Positions 1 to 9,904 of a DNA stretch of 64,000 nucleotides are shown here, one piece after another. Source of the stretch: Lingula anatina. Taxonomy: Eukaryota; Animalia; Brachiopoda. The DNA lies in NCBI GenBank assembly GCA_051362555.1, contig CM120640.1, forward strand, positions 54,352,788 through 54,416,787. Reading direction: 5' to 3'. Position 1 is the first letter of the stretch; each line of letters begins with the position of its first letter. The position numbers were made by a program, and so were the translations under genes. A model generated the notes under the pieces. It was not told the origin of the DNA. It searched no databases and was given only the letters and a program-made list of their open reading frames with translations.

Positions 1-328
1 AGTAAAGTGATAACTGCATTTACTTGGCAGTCTTGCATATATGTGATATAAAATTTTGATATTGTCAAATGTACTGAAAATACAAGTCTTTCCACAATTA
101 CCATATAATGATATAAGCATGGAGTCTTGAGAAAAAGTCACGAACTTTACCCCTGGCCAGTACATATACCACTACCAGAGCTGTGGTATAGTTAATGGTA
201 TAGTTTTACTTACTAGCATTCAAATACACTATCAGCCATGAATAGAAAAAGCAGACACCCAAGTAGCCTGTTACAACAGAGAACACCAAAGGTTACATCC
301 ACATAACATGTAAAGAACAGCACCCAAC

Positions 329-400
329 CTGCCAATTTCTCTTTCCTATAGCCATAGGTAACATTAATAGAGTAGGAACTAAACTCCCTCAGATGTGGGT
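329..400 (-). CDS. Candidate 72-nt symmetric (phase 1-1) cassette exon of the NKCC gene
   Basis: ttttgtgctgcacag|AC CCA CAT...TTG GCA G|gttggg. Open in frame (DPHLREFSSYSINVTYGYRKEKLA). Confidence 0.35.
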
Positions 401-913
401 CTGTGCAGCACAAAACCAAAAGAGATATCAACTCAACAAAAAGTACAAAACAAAAAAAAAACAATAAAATCAATACCTTTATATATATTACATGTATATG
501 AAATTACTCTTTAAAAGATTAAAACATATCAAATTCACTTCAACATCAATGAAAGGCTCAAACCAATCTTCACACACTGTATAACATTTACAAGAGTTAT
601 CAAAAGTTATCATGAAATACTTTCTTAGCATTTTAGAGGTAAGTGATATGATAATCTTGTGCTATAAAAACTGTAAGCATATAAAGGGCTTACATATACA
701 TGTTTTGCAATGGAGGAGTTTAACCACATTTTTCAGAACAGGTCTGTTTTAATATCACACAAAATGATAATAAAACCATCCAACAGCTGTAAAAAATTCA
801 GAGCCAAGATTTTGGTAAATTTTTGACAAAAACGTAAATGTGAAGAATGCAGAATAACCCAACACCACAGAAGACGCAGTATGTACCCTGTTTCTTTTTT
901 CCTAGACAAATAC

Positions 914-949
914 CTTCCAGAAATCTCTCAACTTCTGCTGTCATGATTG
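914..949 (-). CDS. Candidate 36-nt symmetric (phase 1-1) cassette microexon of the NKCC gene
   Basis: tgtttttaaag|CA ATC ATG ACA GCA GAA GTT GAG AGA TTT CTG GAA G|gtattt. Open in frame with exon 17 (AIMTAEVERFLE). Confidence 0.4.
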
Positions 950-1413
950 CTTTAAAAACAAACATGAACATGTCTTTTTGTTTCACAATACTGTAGGCCC
1001 TTTACTTAAATAATTATGTGTTTTAATTAACAAATAAAGCATGGGGTTATAAGTGTTAATGTAAAATAATATCAAAAGTAAAATATGTGTTAGTCAAGTA
1101 CAACTGTACATTACTTGAGGACAAAAATGTACAAATAATAAGGCAACATGAAAAATATAATACTCAAATGCTACAAAATGTGGGGGTTAGTTTTCATCTA
1201 TAAAATTTTAACCAAACAAAATCTATACATTTTCCTTTAAAAGATCAGATCAGTAACAAGCATATGTCCAGCTATAAATCAGATCTCTTTATATATCATT
1301 TGGTACTTTTCTAAATATTAAAATCAGTTAGAAGTATTGTTTCAAATACCCTTAATAATTATCCACAATAAATAGGCATAAATCCCTCTGAAAATAAGTG
1401 ACAAGAGCCTTAC

Positions 1414-1511
1414 CTTCCTCTATTACTGGTTCTATCACCATGCTCTCAGAGAAGTCAAACCCTTCCTTCACTCTGAGAATACCTACACCATAGCGCAGGT
1501 CTAGAGTGTCG
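1414..1511 (-). CDS. SLC12A2: NKCC-like exon 17; gene continues beyond the window's left edge
   Basis: HDTLDLRYGVGILRVKEGFDFSE...EE|gtaagg, 98 nt, ends phase 1. Confidence 0.9.
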
Positions 1512-1802
1512 CTGGAAAAAAAATATTAAACTGTGCTAATCATAAATATATGAAATTTACAAAATGCCATACAATTCATATTACTATTAAAAAAACTGAT
1601 GGTATAAAACCATTCTAAGTCAATTTTACTTGTGCTTAAGCTGAATTTATCACAAAACAAGAGATGGGTACGCAGGCTCTAGTAGTCTAGGAGAAGCGGT
1701 AACGGTGACATGGCAGCGGAGCCGGTGGTACAATTAAAATAGAGTGTAGAACTTTTCCCGTTTGTTTGTGTTAGTTTGCTTGTTTGTTTTTTCTTTACTT
1801 AC

Positions 1803-1909
1803 TGTATGATGTGAAGGTATTCTTCCACGTTTTCAGGTTTATCTGTTTGCCAGTTGGACTTGAAACCCATGAGCACAGTGTTTGGTTTTAACTTCCCTAA
1901 CCCTGTAAC
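1803..1909 (-). CDS. SLC12A2: NKCC-like exon 16
   Basis: cag|VTGLGKLKPNTVLMGFKSNWQ...EEYLHII|gtaagt, 107 nt, ends phase 2. Confidence 0.93.
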
Positions 1910-2142
1910 CTGAAAGAAAATAAGATCAACATTAGATTCCATAACAAGTGGTGTTGAAATTTTAAATGACTTCCAAGACAATAAGTCTAAATTAGATTTA
2001 TCAACAATATTTCATTTTGAAAGCCAAGCCCATAGTTTTTTCAACTTCTCCCAAAAACTACGACAATGTACACAGTTATTCAGAGCTGAAGCAAATAAGG
2101 AAACATATTGTGTTATTTGTAACATATTATTTATCTCCTTAC

Positions 2143-2274
2143 CTCTAGGAGTGACTGAATGCCACTTCTAAAATCACTAGCTGCAACAAAGTTGTAAAAT
2201 GCTTTTGCTTTCCTTTTGTGTAGCCAGTTATGAACAGCTGCTGTCTTGATATTGCTAACCTGACTAACATCACC
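2143..2274 (-). CDS. SLC12A2: NKCC-like exon 15
   Basis: tag|GDVSQ...HNWLHKRKAKAFYNFVAASDFRSGIQSLLE|gtaagg, 132 nt. Confidence 0.9.
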
Positions 2275-2576
2275 CTAGTGAATGACAATATAACTGTATC
2301 ACAATTTAGTCACTAGAATTTGTCATATTCATCTTCAAGTATGTATTAAAACAACTAAAAATAATTAGGCCAAACCATTCAAAATCATTTTTTCATAACC
2401 ACAAAATGTGCTTTCACGACCCATACCTTAACATGAAGTCATTAAGTATACATAACGATATCTTTAAAAGAACTGGACTGAACCTTTGACATCATTTGAC
2501 TACTGAATTTTTTTCTTAAATGTTTGTTTCTGAAATATGGATGTTTGTTCATGAAATGTATATAAAGGTCCCATAC

Positions 2577-2688
2577 CTTTATATAGTGTCCACACACCAT
2601 GAGTCCAATTCCTTTGGTTATGTCAGAAGCAAAATCAATCAAACTAGGCCTGGTCATGGGAAGCCCACTTAGCACAAGTAACTGTGGT
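2577..2688 (-). CDS. SLC12A2: NKCC-like exon 14
   Basis: PQLLVLSGLPMTRPSLIDFASDITKGIGLMVCGHYIK|gtatgg, 112 nt. Confidence 0.93.
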
Positions 2689-2913
2689 CTGAAATATAAA
2701 TAAGAAATACTGATCACCCAAAAAAGGACATCAGAAAGTATATTCCTCTATTTATATAACAAAAATCTGTAACAGTCTCTAAACCTACAATCTTTTTGTT
2801 TTAAATTCAAAGACTAATCAAATGAACACTTAGTGAAGAATCTATTTTTAAGGCACATCTGTTCAGGTTGTTTCTTCTTTTTTCACAAAAATTAAAAAGA
2901 CTGCAAATTTTAC

Positions 2914-3013
2914 CTAAAATTCTTGACATGTTCCTCTACTGAGATTAGTTTTAAAGTCTGCTGAAGAGCGTTCCTGTAGGCATGGGCCTGGGTGGAGGAG
3001 CCCCAATTGACAT
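2914..3013 (-). CDS. SLC12A2: NKCC-like exon 13
   Basis: [17 protein letters not shown]...VEEHVKNFR|gtaaaa, 100 nt, ends phase 2. Confidence 0.95.
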
Positions 3014-3237
3014 CTACAACATACGTCCATAAACAAGATTATATCAATGCTAGCACCACCAATAGTTTTCAAGTAAACAAAGTGCTATATATATTGAATC
3101 ACAAAACTAGTTCTGAAATGGGTAAATGCAATACTTATATGATCAGACTTTTTTAATATCACATCTTAAACACCATAAATGATTGTCACAAAAAAAATGG
3201 GGAAAACTTATATAGTACTATATTTACCACCACCTAC

Positions 3238-3393
3238 CTGGCTTACTGTAGTGCACATAGACATACAAGGCAGTCACACAGACAAAGGTGACCAAGGCAG
3301 CCCACCAGTTAATGATGAACATGACTACAAGGCAAAGCATGGCTCCAGCCAGGGAAACCCATTGGGAGTAATACTTGAAGGCAGGGCGCCAAC
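3238..3393 (-). CDS. SLC12A2: NKCC-like exon 12 (TM11-12)
   Basis: [14 protein letters not shown]...[13 protein letters not shown]...YVHYSKP|gtaggt, 156 nt. Confidence 0.95.
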
Positions 3394-3669
3394 CTGAAGG
3401 GGTTTGTTCAATATCAAAGCATGAATCCTATCTAAAACAAATGGAGCATTCCAAAGAAAAATGCCCTCCCCCCCCCCCCCCCCCCCCCCCACAAAAAAAA
3501 ATGCAGAGTATTGATGTTGTTGTAAGGTTTTCAAATTTTTTGTTGAAGACAATAATACACATCATTTACAAAAATTATGAATGCAACCATTCTGTGTTTA
3601 GTAAATTACCAGATGACAATTTTAGAATATTGCAAAATAAAACTGTATAATGAGCTCATTAGTATTTAC

Positions 3670-3771
3670 CTGGTGATTTGGAAAGGGAGGCATCAAAACA
3701 AGAATAATTGATGAGTGCATACGCCATAAGAAAAAAGTTACTGATCAAGGGTGCAATAGCATTCAGCTCTC
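3670..3771 (-). CDS. SLC12A2: NKCC-like exon 11 (TM10)
   Basis: [34 protein letters not shown]|gtaaat, 102 nt. Confidence 0.95.
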
Positions 3772-4005
3772 CTAAAATGGAAACAGGAAATCTTGAAATC
3801 TAATCTTTATGAAACGTTAATAGTACTTGTCCTTTAAGTGAGTCTTAAATCTCTGATAAGGCCCTTACTTATCCTAATGCCCCAAATCCACATTACATAA
3901 CAAGGGTGCAGTTTGAAGTATAAACCAATGACAAGGAGCCTTTTCTGCCCCCACAATTTTTAACCTAACAATGAAAAAATATACGAAGATATATATTTTA
4001 CTTAC

Positions 4006-4132
4006 CTATGAGAATAAACCCAGTAGCAATGATGAAGGTCAAAATATATGCTCTCCAAGGTTCTTCTCCAGTTCTACCGTACCCTTTGGCAAATATGTGA
4101 ATCTTTGGGAAAATTTTGTCTTTACAAACAGC
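4006..4132 (-). CDS. SLC12A2: NKCC-like exon 10 (TM9)
   Basis: cag|[19 protein letters not shown]...[20 protein letters not shown]|gtaagt, 127 nt. Confidence 0.93.
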
Positions 4133-4422
4133 CTGGAGCAAAGAAAGAGAATTTAACCTTTTGGTATTTCAGTATAACTTGAATCATGTTGTCTATGACA
4201 CTGCAAAAGTCTTGACAAATACTTTTTTTTTAATCTAGCAAAGACAATTTAATTGTAAACTGTATTTTTCTCTTTGTCATTTTTTACAGACAATATCTAC
4301 AATTTTTCTTATTATTTTGCATATTTGCTGTCAATAGAGTGGCAAAAAAGAAGTAATTGATCAAATGAAGTGAAATAAAAGAAACAAGTTGCTGAATAAT
4401 TTTATTTTGATGTTGAATCTAC

Positions 4423-4530
4423 CTGAAAAACCTTTGGTGCCGAGACCAAAGAGGCCAGAGCACTGGACAGAGTGGCAGCAAATATTCCTGCATAGATTAG
4501 AGGGCCAAATCCAGAGACCAGTTCCATCAC
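4423..4530 (-). CDS. SLC12A2: NKCC-like exon 9 (TM8)
   Basis: cag|[36 protein letters not shown]|gtagat, 108 nt. Confidence 0.95.
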
Positions 4531-4766
4531 CTGCAAAAAAAAACAGTGTACACTCAAAGAAAATCAACTAACTGATAACATTCTGCTTGGCAGATTAAAA
4601 GCTCTCTCTTGGTAAATTTTCAATTTATTTACCATATCTAAAGCATGATTAAAATCATTGGTTCTTATATCCCTTTAACTGTGATGAATCATTTTTTTTA
4701 TACCTACTGTCTTCCATTCAAAAATTACATCAGTTTTATACTAGTACCAGGATATATTCTTATTAC

Positions 4767-4967
4767 CTGGAAGTTATTCAGTAGTCCATATTCGAATGCA
4801 ACTTGTGAACAGTTAGAGGAATTCTGAGAAAACATCTCCGCATCCATCACACATCCTGTGGCATCCCGTACCACACAGGAGCCTACCATGACAGCAAAGC
4901 AGATGTAACTGATGGTGGTGATGATTATAGCAAGGAGAGTGCCCTTGGGGATTGCACGCTGGGGATC
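4767..4967 (-). CDS. SLC12A2: NKCC-like exon 8 (TM7 and glycosylated extracellular loop)
   Basis: cag|DPQRAIPKGTLLAI...RDATG...YGLLNNFQ|gtaata, 201 nt. Confidence 0.95.
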
Positions 4968-5118
4968 CTGGAAATTGGAAGATACAGTGATGAAAAGGAG
5001 ACAGATGCATGTTCTGAGTGGCAACTTCAAGAAAAGTATGTGGAGAATACACACACACACCTATAACACGGTGACCATAAGTGTGTTCAGCATGGACAAT
5101 TGGTGAAAACTAACTTAC

Positions 5119-5246
5119 AGCCAAATCTCCAGAAATATTAGCACCAGCCAGGATCCCAGTGGCAGCTGGGAAGAATATGCTGAATACAGAAAAGAAGCCT
5201 TCTCCATCACGGAAATCTGGGCCAAAGTTTGTTTCAAAGATTCTGC
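5119..5246 (-). CDS. SLC12A2: NKCC-like exon 7 (TM6)
   Basis: [12 protein letters not shown]...[22 protein letters not shown]|gtaagt, 128 nt. Confidence 0.95.
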
Positions 5247-5394
5247 CTGAAAACAGAAAAAATATAAATATCATTACATATTCCACATATTGTTGACCAT
5301 TAATCTGATTGTTTCAATATGGGATTGTGTATATACATATTTGCTAAATGAACAGATGGCCTGGCATTTGTTTTGGAATATAACAGAAAGATGG

Positions 5395-5395
5395 G

Positions 5396-5450
<55 letters not shown>
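5395..5450. repeat. (AAT)n microsatellite
   Basis: Direct run of aat units. Confidence 0.95.
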
Positions 5451-5451
<1 letters not shown>

Positions 5452-5643
5452 GACACTGATGCCCAGTTGAAAAAAATAGGAATTGAGATAAGGTGCATGG
5501 AACTTCAAAATATTGAAGTTAACCATATTGCTAAACACTGCAAGAATTCTACACAAAATTCTTCAGATTTGAGTAGTCTTGTTGACACTCAAGCTCATCC
5601 CTAACTATTTACCATAACAAATGCTCATGTGTGACTTCAACAT

Positions 5644-5692
5644 TATAATAATAATAATAATAATAATAATAATTTATTATTATTATTATTAA
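5644..5692. repeat. (AAT)n/(TAT)n inverted microsatellite next to the exon 6 donor
   Basis: aat run followed by tta run, self-complementary. Confidence 0.85.
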
Positions 5693-5697
5693 TCTAC

Positions 5698-5809
5698 CTT
5701 GATATCCCAGGAATCCCTGACTCTGCTCCTCCATGCTAGGAGGAATAAAAGTACCAACAGTGAAATTTACCATGGCAATAATCAAGATGGCAAGGAGAAT
5801 AAGTTGAGC
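5698..5809 (-). CDS. SLC12A2: NKCC-like exon 6 (TM5)
   Basis: cag|AQLILLAILIIAMVNFTVGTFIPP...QGFLGYQ G|gtagat, 112 nt. Confidence 0.92.
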
Positions 5810-6036
5810 CTGAAATACAATGAGAAACAGGTTTCCCAAGACTGGAAGACGTCATATGGTGCTTTTTAAAATAAAAAATATGAAGATCGAAAGAGTTGGA
5901 CTGTTGCAGTGTTGTATTTTCATTTTTAGAATGAACAATTTTTTTTTTTTTTTCAGTTTAAGGCATACTTTCAAATCTTATGTTTTCACTTATTTATAAT
6001 GTGACTTTATCTATTTAAGAAATAGTCTCTGCTCAC

Positions 6037-6147
6037 CTTGGCTTCCCATTCCATCCCAGCTATGGACACCCCCAGCAGCAGTACAATAGTGATACAGCCT
6101 ATGATCCTTACATCATTCATCTCATCTGTCATCAATGCATCATACTC
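6037..6147 (-). CDS. SLC12A2: NKCC-like exon 5 (TM4)
   Basis: cag|[17 protein letters not shown]...AGMEWEAK|gtgagc, 111 nt. Confidence 0.93.
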
Positions 6148-6441
6148 CTGAACACAAAATACACAATTCTTATCATCTGTTACACTTAAACTAAAAAAAA
6201 TAGTGTTTATTATGTTAAAAAAATGAATAAATCAATAAAGAGTCAAAGAACAAATTTCCAGTCAGGTTGGGTTAAATAACCCCAGAGCCACTATTTTAAT
6301 TATGATTAGATCACCAAAGACAGCTCCAATGAGGTATACCAGCCCGCTTGGCGCCAGGTGTCGCTAGTGTGAATTCAGTCCTTCCACAGTCGCCATGTTG
6401 GATATCATATACGTTGGACTGTGGCACTGGCCTTAATAAAC

Positions 6442-6775
6442 ATGCCTCAGTATTGTTGTGTACCTGAATGTCAAAGTCGGCAAGGTGGGCATAATTTTCC
6501 TGAGGATTCAGGGCTTCGTTTGAAGTGAAGGGTTGCCCATGTCAACACACCTTCCATGTTAAAAGGACAGTTACAACTTGACCCAGGCACAGTAATTAGG
6601 CCCCTAAAGATAGACGAGTTGCCTCGCCTCAAAAAGAATACACGTAGAAAGGTTAATTGATCTTGGAAAAACTTATAAAGTTTTGGAAAGAGAGCTCCGT
6701 AGCAAGAAAGTGCCCCTAGGAAGTATCATTTATCAAAGTGCGTTTTCTTATGTCCGTAATTTCAGAAGAGTTGTC
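6442..6775 (+). pseudogene. THAP + DDE_Tnp_4 transposase remnant with large internal deletion
   Basis: ATG 6442 gives MPQYCCVPECQSRQGGHNFPEDSGLRLK*RVA (THAP start, W codon mutated to TGA). This abuts VNTPSMLKGQLQL.../KRIHVERLIDLGKTYKVL, the C-terminal catalytic-Glu motif RIHVER of Harbinger/ISL2EU transposases. Frameshifted. Confidence 0.8.
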
Positions 6776-6889
6776 ATAAGTGCCGGTAGCCTACTACCCG
6801 CATAAGGTTGTGTTATTAAGTAATATCCTTTTTTATTGATGTATTGAGCATGACTGGTAATGTTAATTAAATAATTATTTTTATTTAAA

Positions 6890-7478
6890 AAATTATTCAG
6901 TACATCGTAAGAATCATAAAACTAGGTATAGTTAGATAATTTATTTGTACATGTATAGATGCAATTTCTCAGCCAATGGAATAATGCATGTTTGGAAATC
7001 TTTTTGTAACAGTTTAAGAAATAAAATTTAAAGAAAGAAAACATTTTATAAATGAACAGTTGTTATTCTTTTTTTACAAAATAGCACTTCTGAATTGTTT
7101 TACTTGAGTAGAAACACCATATTATTTCATCGCTCTGAAAATTCATTAAAAAGCAGCAAAACCAAATGTTTTATTTAAACAAAATAATTATTCAGTCCAT
7201 AGTAAAAACCATGAAACCATGTAATACTTAGATAATTTATTTGTGCTATAACTTTCCTGATTATATAGCTGCAATTTCTCAGCCAATGGATTTCTGTAGG
7301 TATGGAAAACTTATTGTAACAGTTTAAGAAATAAAAATTAAAGAAAGCAAACATTTTACAAATGAACAGTTTTTTGGTTCCTTTTTACAAAATAGTACTT
7401 ATGAATTATTTTACTTGAATAGAACCACCACATTATGTCAGCACTTTGAAAATTCTTTTAAAAGCAGAAAAACCAAAT
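6890..7478. repeat. Diverged ~300-bp tandem duplication inside the ISL2EU-like element
   Basis: gcaatttctcagccaatgga at 6961 and 7271; agtttaagaaataaaa at 7011 and 7321. Confidence 0.9.
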
Positions 7479-7789
7479 TATTTGCTGTAAATACAACTAT
7501 CAAATTATTTCATCCCACTAAAAATACTTTACAAAATAGCATCATAGTTTTTTTTTTCATTACAGTTAAAGACTATTAAAAACAGCATAAACACATAAGT
7601 ACTTTTTGTAAAGAATATAGCACCACCAAATTATTTCATTTTAGTTAAAACATTTTTTTTAAAATGGCACTTCAAAATTGTGATTGCAGCTAAAACCATC
7701 TCATACAGGTGTACTTTCTATAAACTAGCTGACACGTACTTCCTATAGTGTTTTTCATTAAAAAAAGTTATCCTCGGCAAAATACATGT

Positions 7790-8614
7790 AGAAAAATATC
7801 CAGTGTCACTGTGTCAGAATGAATCAACCCCACAAACAGATCTTTGAATGTAAACACAACAAAATAGCAGAATGGGCGATTCGTAATGAACATCTGGCCT
7901 TCTAACTGAGTAAAGTATTTGCAGGTTTTCTTTGGGCCCAGATTTGTGCACGAGATACACATTCCAAAAGGGGAAATCAGGTCCGGGTCCAACTGTCATG
8001 TGTCTGCAATGGTTTTGGACACAATGTTCAATGATTCATACAGTTTGTTTATATACTTCTTCTCTGTAGCTGCAATTATCTCTCCAAATCTTGAGGCAGT
8101 GATCCGCCATTGTCTCTCCTTGTGTCAGATTGCGCTCTTTCCTTGTTATAACTTGCTTACTCAGTGTCCTTCGCTGTTTGTTCCTCAACCTGAAATATTC
8201 ATATCCCATTAAAGCATGGTAGATGGTTACAGCATTAAATAGATACAATTTAGATTAGTTTAGATACAATATTATAATTCTATGATGTCACCTATCACCT
8301 AGTTTGATAATTCTTTCTCATATTTGGGCCCGATTCTTAATAGCAGACCTCTGTTTTCACTTACATCATTCCCTCTATCCATGCTTTATTCTTTTCATGG
8401 CACTTGGCAATAGTTGTTGTCCATCACAGCCGCCTGTAAGTCAGCTTTAGGGTAGGCATTACTGGTGGCTACAGCAATCTTTGCCGCTGATGTGAAGTGA
8501 TAGGTAAGAGTCCTGAAGTAATCATTTTATCCTGCTCTTGAAGTTGGCTGTCCTGGGGTCCTGAAATCGACAGTTTCAGGCTTTGCCCCCGATATATGGG
8601 CCTTCTTTGGGTAA
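7790..8614 (-). pseudogene. YqaJ-like / lambda-exonuclease (PD-(D/E)XK) gene remnant, intron-containing
   Basis: RQWRITASRFGEII (~8075-8116) and KYFTQLEGQMFITNRPFCYFVVFTFKDLFVGLIHSD (~7815-7920) match the N- and C-terminal YqaJ motifs (RITAS; YxQxQGQM...C.FVV). There is an upstream exon-like block at ~8364-8614 with splice signals. Stops and frameshifts present. Confidence 0.75.
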
Positions 8615-9270
8615 CCTTATAAAGAAAATAAATAAGTACATTTACTAAGTATAAAAATCTTCGTGCTACTAAAACAAAATATGAGCGTAGGCCTACTCGT
8701 ACCTACAGTAGTCTACTGGTACATGTACATAACATGTCAGATTTGTCACACACACCTCGACTAATTTTTGATTTTTTCAAGGAAAATAGTCAGCATTCGT
8801 GTTTTTCAAGCACTAAATGAAAAGAAAACACATACCTTCCAGTCAATTCACATTTTCATCCAGATGTTATGGCACCACATTCAAGTAAATTGCGTTTGAG
8901 TTGGTTCACTGTCAGCGACGCGTGCACACGCTCCATGTTAAACTCTGGTGTAAAGCCGTGAGCGAGATTCTGCGAGATTTTAGAAGGACTGCTTTCACCC
9001 CCACGCCATCTAGCGGCAGACCCTTAAAGCGGGTATTCCCCATTCATTTTGGACCTAAACCAGTCTGCATGTATCTGTGTTAATGCTTGAGAATACCCTC
9101 GTTTTCAATGACCTGACCCAATCTTTTAAATATGCCTTGTCTGCTCGTGAAATATTCAGGGTACAGATTTCAGAAAGCCCTTTGACAAAGAATATACAGA
9201 TATTTGCCACCAATTTCAACTTAAAATGGCTCCAATGTGGCCAATTGCCAACCTTAGTTTTTCAACCCAC

Positions 9271-9410
9271 CTTCATGATATCCCGCACTGTCTCAGCAAA
9301 CCCCACCACATACATAGCTACTGCCACTGCATTGGCCATGGAGAAAATGATACCAATAGCACCTCCAAACTCCGGACCTAAACTACGAGATATCATGTAG
9401 TAGGCACCAC
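9271..9410 (-). CDS. SLC12A2: NKCC-like exon 4 (TM3)
   Basis: [46 protein letters not shown]|gtgggt, 140 nt. Confidence 0.95.
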
Positions 9411-9732
9411 CTTAAAGTAAAAAAATTGGAAATTTTACCAAGATCCTACATGCTCAGAATCAACAATGAAGAAACAAATTACAAAAAAACTGCCCAAGTT
9501 ATTTTTTTCCTAAACAAATCCCTTTTCTTCCTGGGCCCAGAAAGATGTTAAAAAATATACATCTGCTAATAACTATATAACTATAATTCAAAAAGCAGTT
9601 TATACGTACATTATCTAGGTTTACTACATAGCTCTTTTGCTTAATACATAAAAATATCCTTATAGTCATCATTTTAAAATTATAAATTCAACACCAATTA
9701 TGCAAGAGGTGCCCCTCCAAACACTCTCTTAC

Positions 9733-9904
9733 CTCCCTTGACTTCACCATTAGTACATATAGCAGACATGCTGAGTGATGTAATAACAGTGACAACAGTG
9801 GCCAGCAGAATAATGGTGGCTCCCAGACCAATTCCTGCTTGTCCAACAACCCATGACAAACGCAAAAACAACATGACACCCCAAATGTTGAGCAGACATC
9901 GCAC
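9733..9904 (-). CDS. SLC12A2: NKCC-like exon 3 (TM1-TM2)
   Basis: tag|[26 protein letters not shown]...[14 protein letters not shown]|gtaaga, 172 nt, ends phase 1. Confidence 0.95.

Larger units (their letters stand above)
6331..9041. mobile_element. Decayed ISL2EU-type (PIF/Harbinger superfamily) DNA transposon in NKCC intron 4
   Basis: Imperfect TIR (gaggtataccagc vs reverse complement of gcgggtattcccc) flanked by AT on both sides. Contains convergent THAP/DDE transposase and YqaJ exonuclease remnants. Confidence 0.75.

Noticed and set aside
3465-3500. Poly-C/poly-A run (similar poly-G/poly-T runs at 19389, 33629-33668, 58264)
   Set aside because: Simple homopolymers, possibly length-inaccurate; no functional evidence.
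5274-5604. Poly-N, poly-L and poly-I ORFs
   Set aside because: Translations of an intronic (AAT)n microsatellite.
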